From assembly GCA_963755715.1 (NCBI GenBank), contig CAVWLW010000026.1, forward strand, positions 64,001 to 128,000: a stretch of DNA of 64,000 nucleotides, given 5' to 3'. The DNA is from an uncultured delta proteobacterium. Lineage in GTDB: Bacteria; Desulfobacterota; Binatia; UBA9968. Position numbers and translations under genes: made by a program. Under the pieces are notes generated by a model. That model was not told where the DNA came from. It made no database searches and saw only the letters and a list, made by a program, of their open reading frames with translations. Shown here in pieces: positions 37,655 through 48,024 of this stretch; the first letter of the stretch is position 1; each line of letters begins with the position of its first letter.

Positions 37655-39175
37655 ATGGGATTTCTTAGCGCTGAAGAACTGAATCGGTTGTTACCCGCTG
37701 AAACTTTCGCCTACCCGTCGCCGATACCGACTCAGTCGGTATCCAGCGATGAATTCATGCCCGCGCCGCAGACCGAAAAACAGCGCGAGTTCGAGGCGCG
37801 CATCAAAGAATTCGGCGGCGAGCTGGCGCGTAGACAAGGCATGTCCCGGCGCGCTTTTTTTAAAACCGCCGCCGGCATGGCCGCCGCATTTGTCGCCATG
37901 AACGAAACCTACGGCGAGCTCTACGACGCGAGCCGCGCCGAGGCGGCGATCCCGGAGATGGCGGGCGAGCGCGCCAAGGCGCTTTCCAATCAATTCGTCA
38001 TGGACATGCACACCCATTTTCTGCGCGACGACACGCGCATCACCAACTTCGTGCGCCAGCGCGAAGCCGTCGGCAAAGCAGGCTGGAATCCGGCATTGCA
38101 AGGCAAACCGCAGACTATCGAAGATCTCAAGTTCGCCAACTATTTTAAGGAAGTGTTTCTCGACAGCGACACCAAAGTCGCCTGCATCAGCGGTTCGGCA
38201 TCGGAAGATCCGCGCGATTGGTTCCTGACGAATGAAATGAAGTTCGATGCGCGCGCCAAGGTCAACAAAGAAGCCGGCACCAAGCGCATGTTCTCCCACG
38301 CGATCATGACACCGGGCTGGCCGGGCTGGCTCGACAAGGTCGATGAGGAGATGGAGAAGCTCAAACCCGATTCGTGGAAGGGTTACACCATCGGCGACAA
38401 CACCAACAAGAATCTTTCGAAACACCCCTATCGGCTCGATAACGAGAAACTCATGTATCCGTTTTACGAGCGGTTGGTGAAATGGAGCAAGGACCATCCG
38501 GGTGTGGTCAATGTTTGTATTCATAAGGGATTGTTCCCGCCATCGGTCGAGCAGCAGTTCCCCCATCTGGTCGGCTACTGTCACGTCGGCGATGTGGGTA
38601 AGGCGGCAAAGGATTGGCCGCAGTTGAATTTCATCATCTATCATTCTGCCTACCGTTGGGCCGGCGGCGGCACCGCCGAGGAAGCTTTGGAGCAACTGAA
38701 CCGCACCGGACGCATCGAGTGGGTTAACGATCTTGCCGAAATACCAGAGCAATACGGCGTAAAAAATGTTTACGGCGACCTTGGCCAGATCTTCGCCCAG
38801 AGCACGATGGCCGATCCGCGGATCTGCGCCTTCATGATGGGCACGTTAGTCAAAGGGCTGGGCTCCGATCACGTGGTGTGGGGGTCGGACGCCGTGTGGA
38901 CCGGCTCGCCGCAGTGGCAGATCGAAGCGCTGCGCCGTTTGGAAATCCCCGAGGAGATGCAGAAAAAACATGGCTTCAAGCCGCTCGGCCCGGCGGACGG
39001 CCCGGTCAAGCGCGCGATTTTCGGCGAAAACAACGCTCGCCTGTATCATTTCAACGCGCAGCAGCGCTCGGCGCTGGATAATGATCGCTTTGCGCAGCTG
39101 AAAGAGGATTACGAGAGGAACGGCGCCGCGCGCAGCAATCTCACCTACGGCTATATTTACAAACCGAAGGTTTGA
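37655..39175 (+). CDS. Amidohydrolase family protein with internal twin-arginine-like motif
   Basis: 'MDMHTHF', 'WKGYT', 'CIHKG', 'IYHS', 'WGSDAVWTGSPQWQIEALRR'; 'SRRAFFK' about 65 aa in; RBS AAGGAGG. Confidence 0.88.
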   Translation: MGFLSAEELNRLLPAETFAYPSPIPTQSVSSDEFMPAPQTEKQREFEARIKEFGGELARRQGMSRRAFFKTAAGMAAAFVAMNETYGELYDASRAEAAIPEMAGERAKALSNQFVMDMHTHFLRDDTRITNFVRQREAVGKAGWNPALQGKPQTIEDLKFANYFKEVFLDSDTKVACISGSASEDPRDWFLTNEMKFDARAKVNKEAGTKRMFSHAIMTPGWPGWLDKVDEEMEKLKPDSWKGYTIGDNTNKNLSKHPYRLDNEKLMYPFYERLVKWSKDHPGVVNVCIHKGLFPPSVEQQFPHLVGYCHVGDVGKAAKDWPQLNFIIYHSAYRWAGGGTAEEALEQLNRTGRIEWVNDLAEIPEQYGVKNVYGDLGQIFAQSTMADPRICAFMMGTLVKGLGSDHVVWGSDAVWTGSPQWQIEALRRLEIPEEMQKKHGFKPLGPADGPVKRAIFGENNARLYHFNAQQRSALDNDRFAQLKEDYERNGAARSNLTYGYIYKPKV

Positions 39176-39237
39176 GTTTTTCCGACTTTGGCGGCACCGT
39201 CGATCGACGGTGCCGCTACTCGCGACAAAGCAATTTC

Positions 39238-39922
39238 ATGTCAAATGAGTTAAAAATTCTCAGCGCCGGGGCGGTGAAACCCGGACTGACCAAAGTCATC
39301 GATGCGTTTCAACGCGACAGCGGCAACAGAGTCCAAGTCTCTTTCGCGACGGCTCCGGCGATTCTGAAGCAAATTGGCGAGAGCGAATCAGTCGATGTCG
39401 TGATCGCGCCGCCCGGCTTGCTCGAACAGCTCGTGAAATCCGGAAAATACGCGGCGCGCAAGGCGATAACTCTTGGCCGAATTGGCGTCGGCGTTTTGGT
39501 GCGCAATGGTGAGCCATTGCCGGACATTTCCAACGTCGACGGCTTCAAGCAGTCGCTACTCGGCGCGGAGTCCGTGGTTTACAACCAAGCTTCGACCGGG
39601 ACCTATCTTGAGACGCTTTTCGAATCGCTCGGCATCGGCGCGTCGATCAGAGACAAAGCGACACGTTATCCTGATTTCGCCGCCGTCCTCGATCACGTCA
39701 GCAAGGGCAAGGGCCGTGAAATCGGTCTGGGCGCGACCACCGTCATCATCGAGAACGAGAACCGTGGAGTAAAATTCGCCGGCCCGCTGCCGGCTGAGAT
39801 TCAGAACTACACAACTTACGTCGCGGCTCTCATCGCCGACGACCGAGGTTGCACAGCAGTTCATGCGTTTCCTCGCATCCCCGACCGCAAAAGTCCTTCT
39901 TACCGCCGCCGGCATTCAGTAG
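39238..39922 (+). CDS. ModA-like SBP-fold protein with no visible signal peptide (frameshift near 39850)
   Basis: 'LKILSAGAV', 'GRIGVGVLVR', 'STGTYL', 'GPLPAEIQNYTTY'; corrected end 'FLASPTAKVLLTAAGIQ*'. Confidence 0.78.
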
Positions 39923-39950
39923 CGAAGGCACACAACATCTCGGTTGGAAT

Positions 39951-40019
39951 CACCGCGGAGGCACAGAGTTCGCAGAGATTATTTTACTCGTCCCCTCTGC
40001 GTTCTCTCGTCTCTGCGGT
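39951..40019. repeat. 9-bp-period (C(A/G)CAGAG) inverted repeat
   Basis: caccgcggaggcacagagttcgcagaga ... ctctgcgttctctcgtctctgcggt between convergent genes. Confidence 0.65.
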
Positions 40020-40085
40020 AAATCGTTGTTTTTGGGTTACGGTATCGCCGTGCAGGACACTTCACAGCGAAATCCTTAAGCGGTA

Positions 40086-40601
40086 TTATCCAGCCGTCTC
40101 GAACGACAACGTCGCATAGCGCATAAAGATGCCGCCGCGCGGCTCGGCGAGCGGGCCGTTCGCCACCAGGCAAGCGATGACATGCTTGGTTCCCGGCGCG
40201 GCCTTGTTGTCTACTTCTACGCGCTGCGATGCATTGATGCCCACGATCACCCCGGTGGCGCGGTCGATCCTGCCGTCGATCCACACCTCGCCATAGTTAT
40301 CGACGTTGGTTTCAAACCAGACGCGAAAACCGGCGACATCGACGCCGTTGACTTTTTCGGGCAGCTCGACGGTGATGCGGTACCAGGCGAAGGTGAATCC
40401 CTTCGAGATGCTCTTGCGGATGTTGGCGCAGATCTCCCAGCCGGAGTCGTCGTAATCCGGCAAACGGGCGGGCGTGTTCAGCAGCTGCGCGGTAAGTCCT
40501 TCGTTAGGCTGACCGGGCACAAGGCCATGGCCGACGCGCCATTGTCCTTTGATCTTGCGACAGTCTTCAGCATTATTGAGATCTAGAGTGATTCTCGGCA
40601 T
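40086..40601 (-). CDS. Hypothetical protein resembling a stand-alone GH2-type sugar-binding (jelly-roll) domain
   Basis: 'PDYDDSGWE', 'FAWYRITVELP', 'VDNYGEVWIDG', 'IACLVANGP'; RBS AAGGAG. Confidence 0.65.
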   Translation of the reverse strand: MPRITLDLNNAEDCRKIKGQWRVGHGLVPGQPNEGLTAQLLNTPARLPDYDDSGWEICANIRKSISKGFTFAWYRITVELPEKVNGVDVAGFRVWFETNVDNYGEVWIDGRIDRATGVIVGINASQRVEVDNKAAPGTKHVIACLVANGPLAEPRGGIFMRYATLSFETAG

Positions 40602-40758
40602 GGCATTCTCCTTCTCGCTCGATGACTCCGTCCATGCAGCACCCTATGCCCAGCCATTGTTCCGTTGCAAGGCAAAATTTCTCTCTGCAAACCCCCGCGC
40701 CTCTGCCGATTAGTCTTCCCGAGCGAGGCGCAGAGGTTTAGATTTCAAGGATGGTCGA

Positions 40759-41385
40759 TCAGATGCCGCCTTTGCCGAGAAGATTCTTTTCTTGGAGGGT
40801 TTTCATCACCGCTTCGACGTACGATTTGATCGCGGTTCGCTCATTTTCCAGCTCCGTCGTTTTGATCGTGCCGGTCCAGACGATTTCGTTCTTGCCTAAG
40901 TCCTGCAGGGTAGTTTCCGAAACATATTCGTTATAGTGGTAAACAGTCGGCGCGCCGCCCATACCAGACCAGCTGGCGCCGACGTTTGAACCAAAAATAC
41001 CGAACGAGGTATTGGGAAAATAACCCGGCCCGTACTGACTCTTCTGCTCCACCCGAATCAGCCGGGCGAAAAGCAGCGCGTCCGCGCCAGCCTTCAACGC
41101 CGCCTCTTTGAGCGCAACCTCATCGATTTTCTCGCTGTCGGGAGTGAATTGATAACTAGCCAATGCATCGATACCGGCGGGCCGGAGTTGCGCAACGAAT
41201 TCATCTTCGAAGTTGCGCCGGACGCTGGTGTCCCCACCTAAAACGCCGACCATGATCCGCTTGAAGGAACCCGAGGTGTAGGCAGGATTGCGCCATTCAC
41301 TGACAATCGGCGTAGTGGCCGAGCATGCGCCGAACACAAGCACCATGAAGAGCATTCCCAACGTATGCAACGATAAATTTCTCAT
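40759..41385 (-). CDS. Putative lipoprotein
   Basis: Lipobox 'VFGAC'; 'RRNFEDEFV', 'IVWTGT'. Confidence 0.75.
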   Translation of the reverse strand: MRNLSLHTLGMLFMVLVFGACSATTPIVSEWRNPAYTSGSFKRIMVGVLGGDTSVRRNFEDEFVAQLRPAGIDALASYQFTPDSEKIDEVALKEAALKAGADALLFARLIRVEQKSQYGPGYFPNTSFGIFGSNVGASWSGMGGAPTVYHYNEYVSETTLQDLGKNEIVWTGTIKTTELENERTAIKSYVEAVMKTLQEKNLLGKGGI

Positions 41386-41663
41386 AAGTTTTACTCCCAG
41401 AGCGCGTGAAGCGCATTTCGAACCGTGTAGCGCCAAAACATTGTACCACTCGACAAAGACATTTCGAACTACCAGTTCGGCTGATCTAGTCCCTTTTCGC
41501 CGCCGCCGGGAATGGGGTTTCATGAAGTCGCATGAAATGAGAGATTCGGATCAAAGTGAACCTGTATCAATCTGCCGCGCAGCTTGACAGAGCCATGTAG
41601 TTATTGTGAGAATCGGCTTCGTCCCAGAAAAATCTCAACTGCGCATCACACAAGGAGAACAGA

Positions 41664-42801
41664 ATGGCGAAAACCAAGATCTCAGCCGACGATCACATCG
41701 ACTTGGGATATTTACCCAGAGACTTATGGACAGCGCGCCTGCCCAAAAGCTTGCTGGAACGCGCGCCGCACGTCGAAGATCGCGGCGAGAAGGGCGAGTA
41801 CTGGGTGTGCGACGGCGAGACCTGGGCGGACTATCGCGGCGAGCGCTGGTTCGCCAGGATCCAATCGTACCCGGCTCGCTCTCGATCGGGGCGGCGTCGG
41901 TGAAGCGCACCGTCCGACGACGACGGACAAACGGATTACGGATATGGATCGCGACGGCGTCGAAGCGTCGCTTATGTTTCCGCCGATCATCGCCATGCAG
42001 GTAGGCGAGCCCGAATTGAGAAACGCTTGCGTGCAAGCTTACAACGATTGGGCGCTGGACTTCGGCAAGACCGCGCCGAAGCGCTTCTTTCCCGTCGCCA
42101 TGCTCTCCTCGGTCGATGCCGAGGCGGCGCGAGACGAAGTCGTCCGGGTGGCCAAGCTGGGCTTTCGCGAAGCGAACTTTCTCGTCAATGACGTTACACT
42201 TGAGATGAACCTAAAACCGTGGGACGTGTTTTGGGACGCGGCCGAAGAGGCTGGCATCGTCGTATCCTACCACGTCGGCGGCAGCACTCAGACGGGCACG
42301 GTCCGAGCGACGATCGACGCCGTCAAACCGGGCGAGCGCCAGGGCGTTTTCGACATGGGGCTGAGCAACGGCGCCACTTCTTTTTTCAATCCCTTCGTCA
42401 ATATGTTCAACTTCGGCACCTTGGAACGCCATCCCAAGTTGAAGTTCTGCCTTGCCGAATCCGCCATCGGCTGGATCCCGTTCGTCGTGCAGGAGATGGA
42501 TTACCGCTACAAGCGGCAATTCGAGCGGCGGAAAGCCGCCGAGATTCCCCTGAAAAATATGCCGAGCGAGATCTTCAAACGTCAAGTTTGGGCGACTTTT
42601 CAAACCGACTTGGTGGGACTGCATCTGATCCAATTTTTCGGGGAAGGCCATATCATGTGGGGCTCGGACTATCCGCATCCCGACAGCACCTGGCCGTTCT
42701 CCGAGGAAATTATCACAAAGGACTCCGGCCATCTGACGGACGAAATGAAAAACAAAGTCTACCGTGAAAACGCCGCCGCGTTATACGGACTATATAGCTA
42801 G
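41664..42801 (+). CDS. Amidohydrolase family 2 protein (frameshift near 41857)
   Basis: 'ISADDHID', 'DMDRDGV', 'AYNDW', 'WGSDYPHPDSTWP'. Confidence 0.88.
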
Positions 42802-42875
42802 TTCCAGGTTACGGGTTTCGAGTTGAACCCGACCTGAAACCCGTCACAATCACTAGCCTTCGGAAAGGGTAACCC

Positions 42876-43997
42876 GTGGCAAAAAACGGATTTAAGATCA
42901 TCGACAGCGACATGCACATCATGGAGCCGCCGGATTTGTGGGAGAAATATATCGACAAAAAATTTCGAGACCGCGCGCCGCGCGGCGTGACCAGTAAGAA
43001 CGTGCGCGACCTGCGCTTGGTCCATCCCGACGGCACCGAATGGGCGCACAAATCGACGCCGAAAAACGATACGTCCCGGGGCAAAAATTTCGAAGCGAAA
43101 CAGGATATCTTCGGCAACGATGCCGCGCGCGGCTGGACCTCCGAAGTCCAGCTCGAAGCGATGGACATCGAGGGCATCGACATCGCCGTTCTCTACCCCA
43201 CTCGGGGGTTAAGAGCGCTAGTGGACGATCGACTGGACGCCGAGTTCGCCGCTGCAATCGCGCGCGCTTACAACGATTGGATGTATGACTTCTGTCAGCA
43301 GGACCCAAAGCGCTTGATCGGCGCCGGCATGATCTCGCCCTACAGCATGGAAGACGCGGTGAGCGAAGCGCGCCGCTGCGCCGAGCAACTCGGCTTTCGC
43401 GCGATTTTTCTGCGCGCCAATCCTTTGGTCGATCACCAGTGGCAAAGCGATTATTACGACCCTTTGTGGGACGCTTTGGAAGCGCTCAATCTGTCCCTCG
43501 GCTTTCATGAATCGACCGGCACCGGTAAGAACCAGGTCGGCGAGCGCCTCGAGCCCAATTTCATGCTGCGCCGAGTCTTCGCCCAGCCGATCGAGCAAAT
43601 GCTCGCTCTGGGCTGCTTCTGCGGCGGCGGCGTGTTCGCGCGCCACCCGAAACTGCGCGTGGCATTTTTGGAAGCCAACTGCAGTTGGCTGCCCTGGCTT
43701 TTGTGGCGTCTTGACGAGGCCTGGGAATTGGACGGCGATGTCTTCGCGCCGGATCTAAAAATGAAGCCCAGTGACTACTTCAAGCGCCACTGCGTCGTCT
43801 CGATCGAGCCCGACGAAGTGATCGCCAACAACGTCATCGAGCAAGTCGGCAACGGCCATTTGGTTTTTTCTACGGACTATCCGCACGTCGATTCTCGATA
43901 TCCCGAGGCGGTCAATCATTTTCTCAAGCTGCCGCTCGCCGAGGCCGACAAACGAAAAATCCTCTGGGATAACTGCGCGGCATACTACGCGATGTAA
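42876..43997 (+). CDS. Amidohydrolase family 2 protein
   Basis: 'IIDSDMHIMEP', 'AYNDW', 'FLEANCSW', 'FSTDYPH'. Confidence 0.92.
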   Translation: MAKNGFKIIDSDMHIMEPPDLWEKYIDKKFRDRAPRGVTSKNVRDLRLVHPDGTEWAHKSTPKNDTSRGKNFEAKQDIFGNDAARGWTSEVQLEAMDIEGIDIAVLYPTRGLRALVDDRLDAEFAAAIARAYNDWMYDFCQQDPKRLIGAGMISPYSMEDAVSEARRCAEQLGFRAIFLRANPLVDHQWQSDYYDPLWDALEALNLSLGFHESTGTGKNQVGERLEPNFMLRRVFAQPIEQMLALGCFCGGGVFARHPKLRVAFLEANCSWLPWLLWRLDEAWELDGDVFAPDLKMKPSDYFKRHCVVSIEPDEVIANNVIEQVGNGHLVFSTDYPHVDSRYPEAVNHFLKLPLAEADKRKILWDNCAAYYAM

Positions 43998-44210
43998 AAT
44001 ACGCCGTCGGTTTCCAAATAATCCCTTGTGGCGTCATGCTCCGATTTAATAACGTCACGCCAACCCATCTGACGGGATTCAGCGGCGCCGGCGAACGAGT
44101 GACTTACCGAGAGTCCGTTAGAATGAGGGCGGCGGCGGCACATGAATAGTCCTACTGGGAATCGATAACCAAACACAGCCGATATTTGCCAACAATCGAG
44201 GAGAAGAGAA

Positions 44211-45014
44211 ATGGCTTTACGCATCAACGGCTCGGAATTTTATGCGATCGACTCGCATTCTCATTTAGGACGACGCAAGACTCCATTGGGACATGGCGTG
44301 GCAAGCTTTCTCGGCGACGATTTGGTGCGCAATCTTGATGAGGCGGGCTTGGACTGCGCGGTAGCATTTCCCTTGGGCGCGTCCTACACCGACTACTCCG
44401 AAGCGAACCAGATCATGGCCGAAGAAATGGCCAAGTATCCGAAACGGATCATCAGTTTTTGCCGGATCAATCCCAATTTTGGTCCGGAAGCTACGGCGAA
44501 GTCTCTCGACCATTGTCTCGGCACATTGAAACTAAAAGGCATTAAGCTTCATCCGGAAATCGAGTTCTTCGATCCCAACGAAGCCGAGTTGATGGAGCCC
44601 ATCTATGACGCGGCGCGCCGCTATCATGTGCCGATTATTTTTCACACGGGGATGTCGAGCAAAGCATCGCCCGGAGTGATCGCCGAGCTGGCCGCCCAGC
44701 ATAAGGATGTGCCCGTCATTCTCGGACACATGGGCGTGTCGGAATATGTAAAACTGGCGGTGGCCGTCGCCCGGCAGAACGAAAACATATTTTTGGAAAC
44801 GTCGGTCGTCGGTTGGATGCCGCTTCTTCTCGAAGCGTTTCGCGGCGTCGGCACCAGCAAAATTCTCTTCGGCTCCGATCACCCGTATAATCCTCTAGCC
44901 ATGGAAGTCGAGAAAATCGCCAAGCATGTAACGAAAGCCGCCAAGCTCAAAGAAGACGACTTGAAGAAAGTGTTTGCCGACAATTTTCTATCCATCTTGA
45001 AGCACGATCGTTAA
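44211..45014 (+). CDS. Amidohydrolase family protein (short type)
   Basis: 'IDSHSHLG', 'KGIKLHP', 'FHTG', 'LGHMG', 'FGSDHP'. Confidence 0.9.
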   Translation: MALRINGSEFYAIDSHSHLGRRKTPLGHGVASFLGDDLVRNLDEAGLDCAVAFPLGASYTDYSEANQIMAEEMAKYPKRIISFCRINPNFGPEATAKSLDHCLGTLKLKGIKLHPEIEFFDPNEAELMEPIYDAARRYHVPIIFHTGMSSKASPGVIAELAAQHKDVPVILGHMGVSEYVKLAVAVARQNENIFLETSVVGWMPLLLEAFRGVGTSKILFGSDHPYNPLAMEVEKIAKHVTKAAKLKEDDLKKVFADNFLSILKHDR

Positions 45015-45080
45015 ATCCGCGAGCAGACACGGCTCGCATGCCGTGCTTCCCAACGAATTTCACAACTATCTGGAGGCTGA

Positions 45081-46097
45081 ATGAGACCATCCGAGAAATC
45101 GCTTAGATTCAATTTATCGACAATCAAAACAGTTGCTTTTTTAGGTCTGTTTTTTGCGGTCGTCTTCGGCGCATTCCGAGCACATGGAGGCGATGCCCCC
45201 GCAGTGCGGGCGAACTACGCGGCCATCAGCGGCGCCTTTGCTCCGTTGTGGATCGCGGCCGATAAAAATTTATTCAGCAAATACGGCTTGAACGTCGATC
45301 TCCGCTACATCGCCCCCGCCACGGCCACTCAAGCCCTCATCGGCAAAAATCTCGACATCATCAATCCCGGCGGTGAAATCGTCGAAGCGGGATTGAACGG
45401 CGAGCCGGTCGTCTATATCGCCGGCATTATGAATCGAGCCGTGATGTCCATTTATGCGAAACCGGAAATAGCTTCGCTGGCCGATCTGAAAGGCAAGGTG
45501 TTGGCAGTGACCGTGCCGGGCGCGACTACCGACTTCGCCGCTCGGGTTCTGCTCCAGCAGGCGCACCTGACGCCGGGCAAAGACGTCAAGTTAATCTATC
45601 TGAAAGGCATGGCGGAGATCCTGGCCGGCATCAATCAGGGAAACGCGGATGCCGGCATCTTCACTTCACCGACGACTTTGAAGGCGCAACACGCCGGATT
45701 GAAGGAATTGGTCAACGTCACCGAGCAGAATATTCCGATGATTCACGCCGCCCTCGCTAGCACCAAGGAATATGTCAAGACGCGCCGCGACGACGCGCGG
45801 CGGTTTTTGCAAGCGTATCTCGAAGGCATCAAGATTTCCCGCACCGATCCCGATTACACCAAACAAATTATCGGCAAGTATACCAAGACCACCGATGTGG
45901 CCGACTTGGAAAATTCCTATCAGACGTTCTTACCGGCCTGGGAAAGATTGCCGCTAGTCCCGGCCGCGGCTGTGCAAACGATGCTCAATTTCGCGACACA
46001 TCCCACGGCGAAGACGGCGAAGCCTGAAGCGTTCATCGACAATTCCGTCCTCGCGGAGATCGGCAAGTCGGGCTTTGTCGATCGGCTTTACAAGTAG
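45081..46097 (+). CDS. ABC transporter SBP, NitT/TauT family
   Basis: 'AISGAFAPLWIA', 'ADLKGKVLAV', 'KSGFVDRLYK'. Confidence 0.88.
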   Translation: MRPSEKSLRFNLSTIKTVAFLGLFFAVVFGAFRAHGGDAPAVRANYAAISGAFAPLWIAADKNLFSKYGLNVDLRYIAPATATQALIGKNLDIINPGGEIVEAGLNGEPVVYIAGIMNRAVMSIYAKPEIASLADLKGKVLAVTVPGATTDFAARVLLQQAHLTPGKDVKLIYLKGMAEILAGINQGNADAGIFTSPTTLKAQHAGLKELVNVTEQNIPMIHAALASTKEYVKTRRDDARRFLQAYLEGIKISRTDPDYTKQIIGKYTKTTDVADLENSYQTFLPAWERLPLVPAAAVQTMLNFATHPTAKTAKPEAFIDNSVLAEIGKSGFVDRLYK

Positions 46098-46260
46098 GCG
46101 CAAAACTCGATATGAGATGCCCAAACGGCATTGGCCTTGACCCGAAATCCGCGCCGCGGGGGAGGACAGCCTGTTCTGAGCCCCGATCGAAAGAAACTGG
46201 GGACTTGAACGATTGGAACGACTGAAACGCTTGGGACGGGACGACCTTCAAGGATTAGAG

Positions 46261-46803
46261 ATGCCACGCTTACCTGAAATCGACGCAACCCAACTCTCTC
46301 CCGAACAGCACGTGATTTACGACCGGCTGATGCGCGAGCGCGGCCATATGCGCGGGCCCTTCGCCGTCTGGCTGCGTAACGCCGAGCTGTGCGAGAACAC
46401 GCTCAAGTTACAAGAAATGTTCGCTTCGCGCGTGAACCTCGAACGGCGCTTGCTCGAGTTGATGATTCTCGTCGCCGCGCGTTTCGCCACCGCGCAGTAT
46501 GCCTGGTTCATCCACGAGCCCCACGCGCTCAAGTTCGGTATCGCGCCCGAGATTGTCCAAGCCATCCGCGAGCGCCGCGTGCCGGATTTCACCCGCGACG
46601 ACGAACGGTTGGTTTACGACATCACGATGGAGCTCAACACCACCCGAACGTTGTCCGACGCAAGCTACCAACGCGGCATGGCGCTGTTCGGCGAACAAGT
46701 GATGGTCGAGCTCGTCAGCGCGATCGGCTTCTACTCCATGGTCGCCATGACGCTCAACGCCTTCGCCGTGTCCGTGCCCGGTGACAAGGAACCATTTGCT
46801 TAG
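46261..46803 (+). CDS. Carboxymuconolactone decarboxylase/AhpD-like protein
   Basis: 'RGPFAVWLR', 'ELMILVAAR....QYAW..H', 'VELVSAIGFYSMVAMTLNAF'. Confidence 0.85.
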   Translation: MPRLPEIDATQLSPEQHVIYDRLMRERGHMRGPFAVWLRNAELCENTLKLQEMFASRVNLERRLLELMILVAARFATAQYAWFIHEPHALKFGIAPEIVQAIRERRVPDFTRDDERLVYDITMELNTTRTLSDASYQRGMALFGEQVMVELVSAIGFYSMVAMTLNAFAVSVPGDKEPFA

Positions 46804-46862
46804 AAGCATCAAATGGGAGCCTCTCTCGGACAAGCAATCACCGTTACTCGCAATTTTTTAAT

Positions 46863-47913
46863 ATGAAGGCCCTCATCGCCACCCTTTTCGTCCTACCCCT
46901 CATCGTCAACGCACCCGTATGGAGCCAAGCCAATAAACCATCGTCTGCGGCCGATTTAGCCGCCTACATCGGGTCGGATCGCGAGCGCTTGCTGCTCGAT
47001 GGCGCCAAACGCGAAGCCAAAGTCGTCTGGTACACGACTCTGGCCGCTGAGCAAAACAAGCAAATCGCCGGCGCATTCGAAGCAAAATATCCCGGTGTAA
47101 AAGTCGAGACGTTTCGCACCGGATCGTCGGCGCTCGCGCAAAGACTCCTCACCGAGGCCAAAGCGAAGCGCCACATCGCTGATGCGATCGAAACGACGCT
47201 GCCGGGTTTGCTGACCTTCCGTGATAATCAGTTGCTGCTGCCTTATACTTCGCCGCACCTCGGCGGATTTCCCGACGACGCCAAGGAAAATGGGCCAAAG
47301 AATCTCGTTTACTGGACTATCGCGCGTGAATCGTACATCGGATTCGCTTATAACAAGAATTTTTTGAACGCGGCCGACGTGCCGAAAAACTTTGATGGGC
47401 TTCTCCGACCCTGGGCTGAAAGATAATATGGGATTATCCGGCGACGACACCGGCGCGCGCATCGTCGGCGCCATGGTGAAGACCAAAGGCGATGGTTTTG
47501 TTAAAAAACTAAAAGAACAAAACATCAGAATGCACATGATGGCCGGCAGCGCTCTCACTCAGCTTGTCGCCGCGGGAGAAATCTTCGCATCGCCGAGCCA
47601 GTTCTACAGCGCCACCAACGTCGCCGCCAAACGCGGCGCACCGGTGGCTTGGGTGCCGATGGATCTGGTCGTCGCCAACGCCGGCGGCGCGGCGGTATAC
47701 GTGAACGCGCCGCGGCCGCACTCTGCGCTTCTTTTTGCCGATTTTCTCTTGAGTCCCGAGGGACAAAAATTGCTCGAAGATTTGTACTTCGGCAGCGCCA
47801 AGAAAGATTATGGATTTAAGCGTTGGTATCCGGAAAAAGGCGGGACAATAGCCCAATACGAAGAAGCGTTGGAAGGCTGGCACAAACTGCTCAAGGAAGT
47901 CACTCGGAAGTGA
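46863..47913 (+). CDS. ABC transporter solute-binding protein (Fe3+-type; frameshift near 47410)
   Basis: 'RERLLLDGAKRE..VVWYT', 'AFEAKYPG', 'APRPHSALLFADFLLSPEGQ'. Confidence 0.85.
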
Positions 47914-48024
47914 CGCGACCGTTTAATAAACTTAGATCAAGGGACCGCTCAATAAGCGATGTCGTGTGTGCGGGGCGTACACCAAAGTTTGGCGAACTAA
48001 CAATTACACCGCGCATGAACGACT

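Noticed and set aside
37691-38752. Long antisense ORFs (also 23807-24718, 53664-54608, 30670-31443, 54481-55212)
   Set aside because: They shadow well-supported genes on the opposite strand, which is common in GC-rich DNA, and carry no recognisable motifs.
43998-44210. Possible riboswitch or ncRNA upstream of the third amidohydrolase
   Set aside because: Some pairing is possible (aatccc/gggatt, tggcgt/acgcca), but I recognise no riboswitch consensus; an Rfam scan would be needed.
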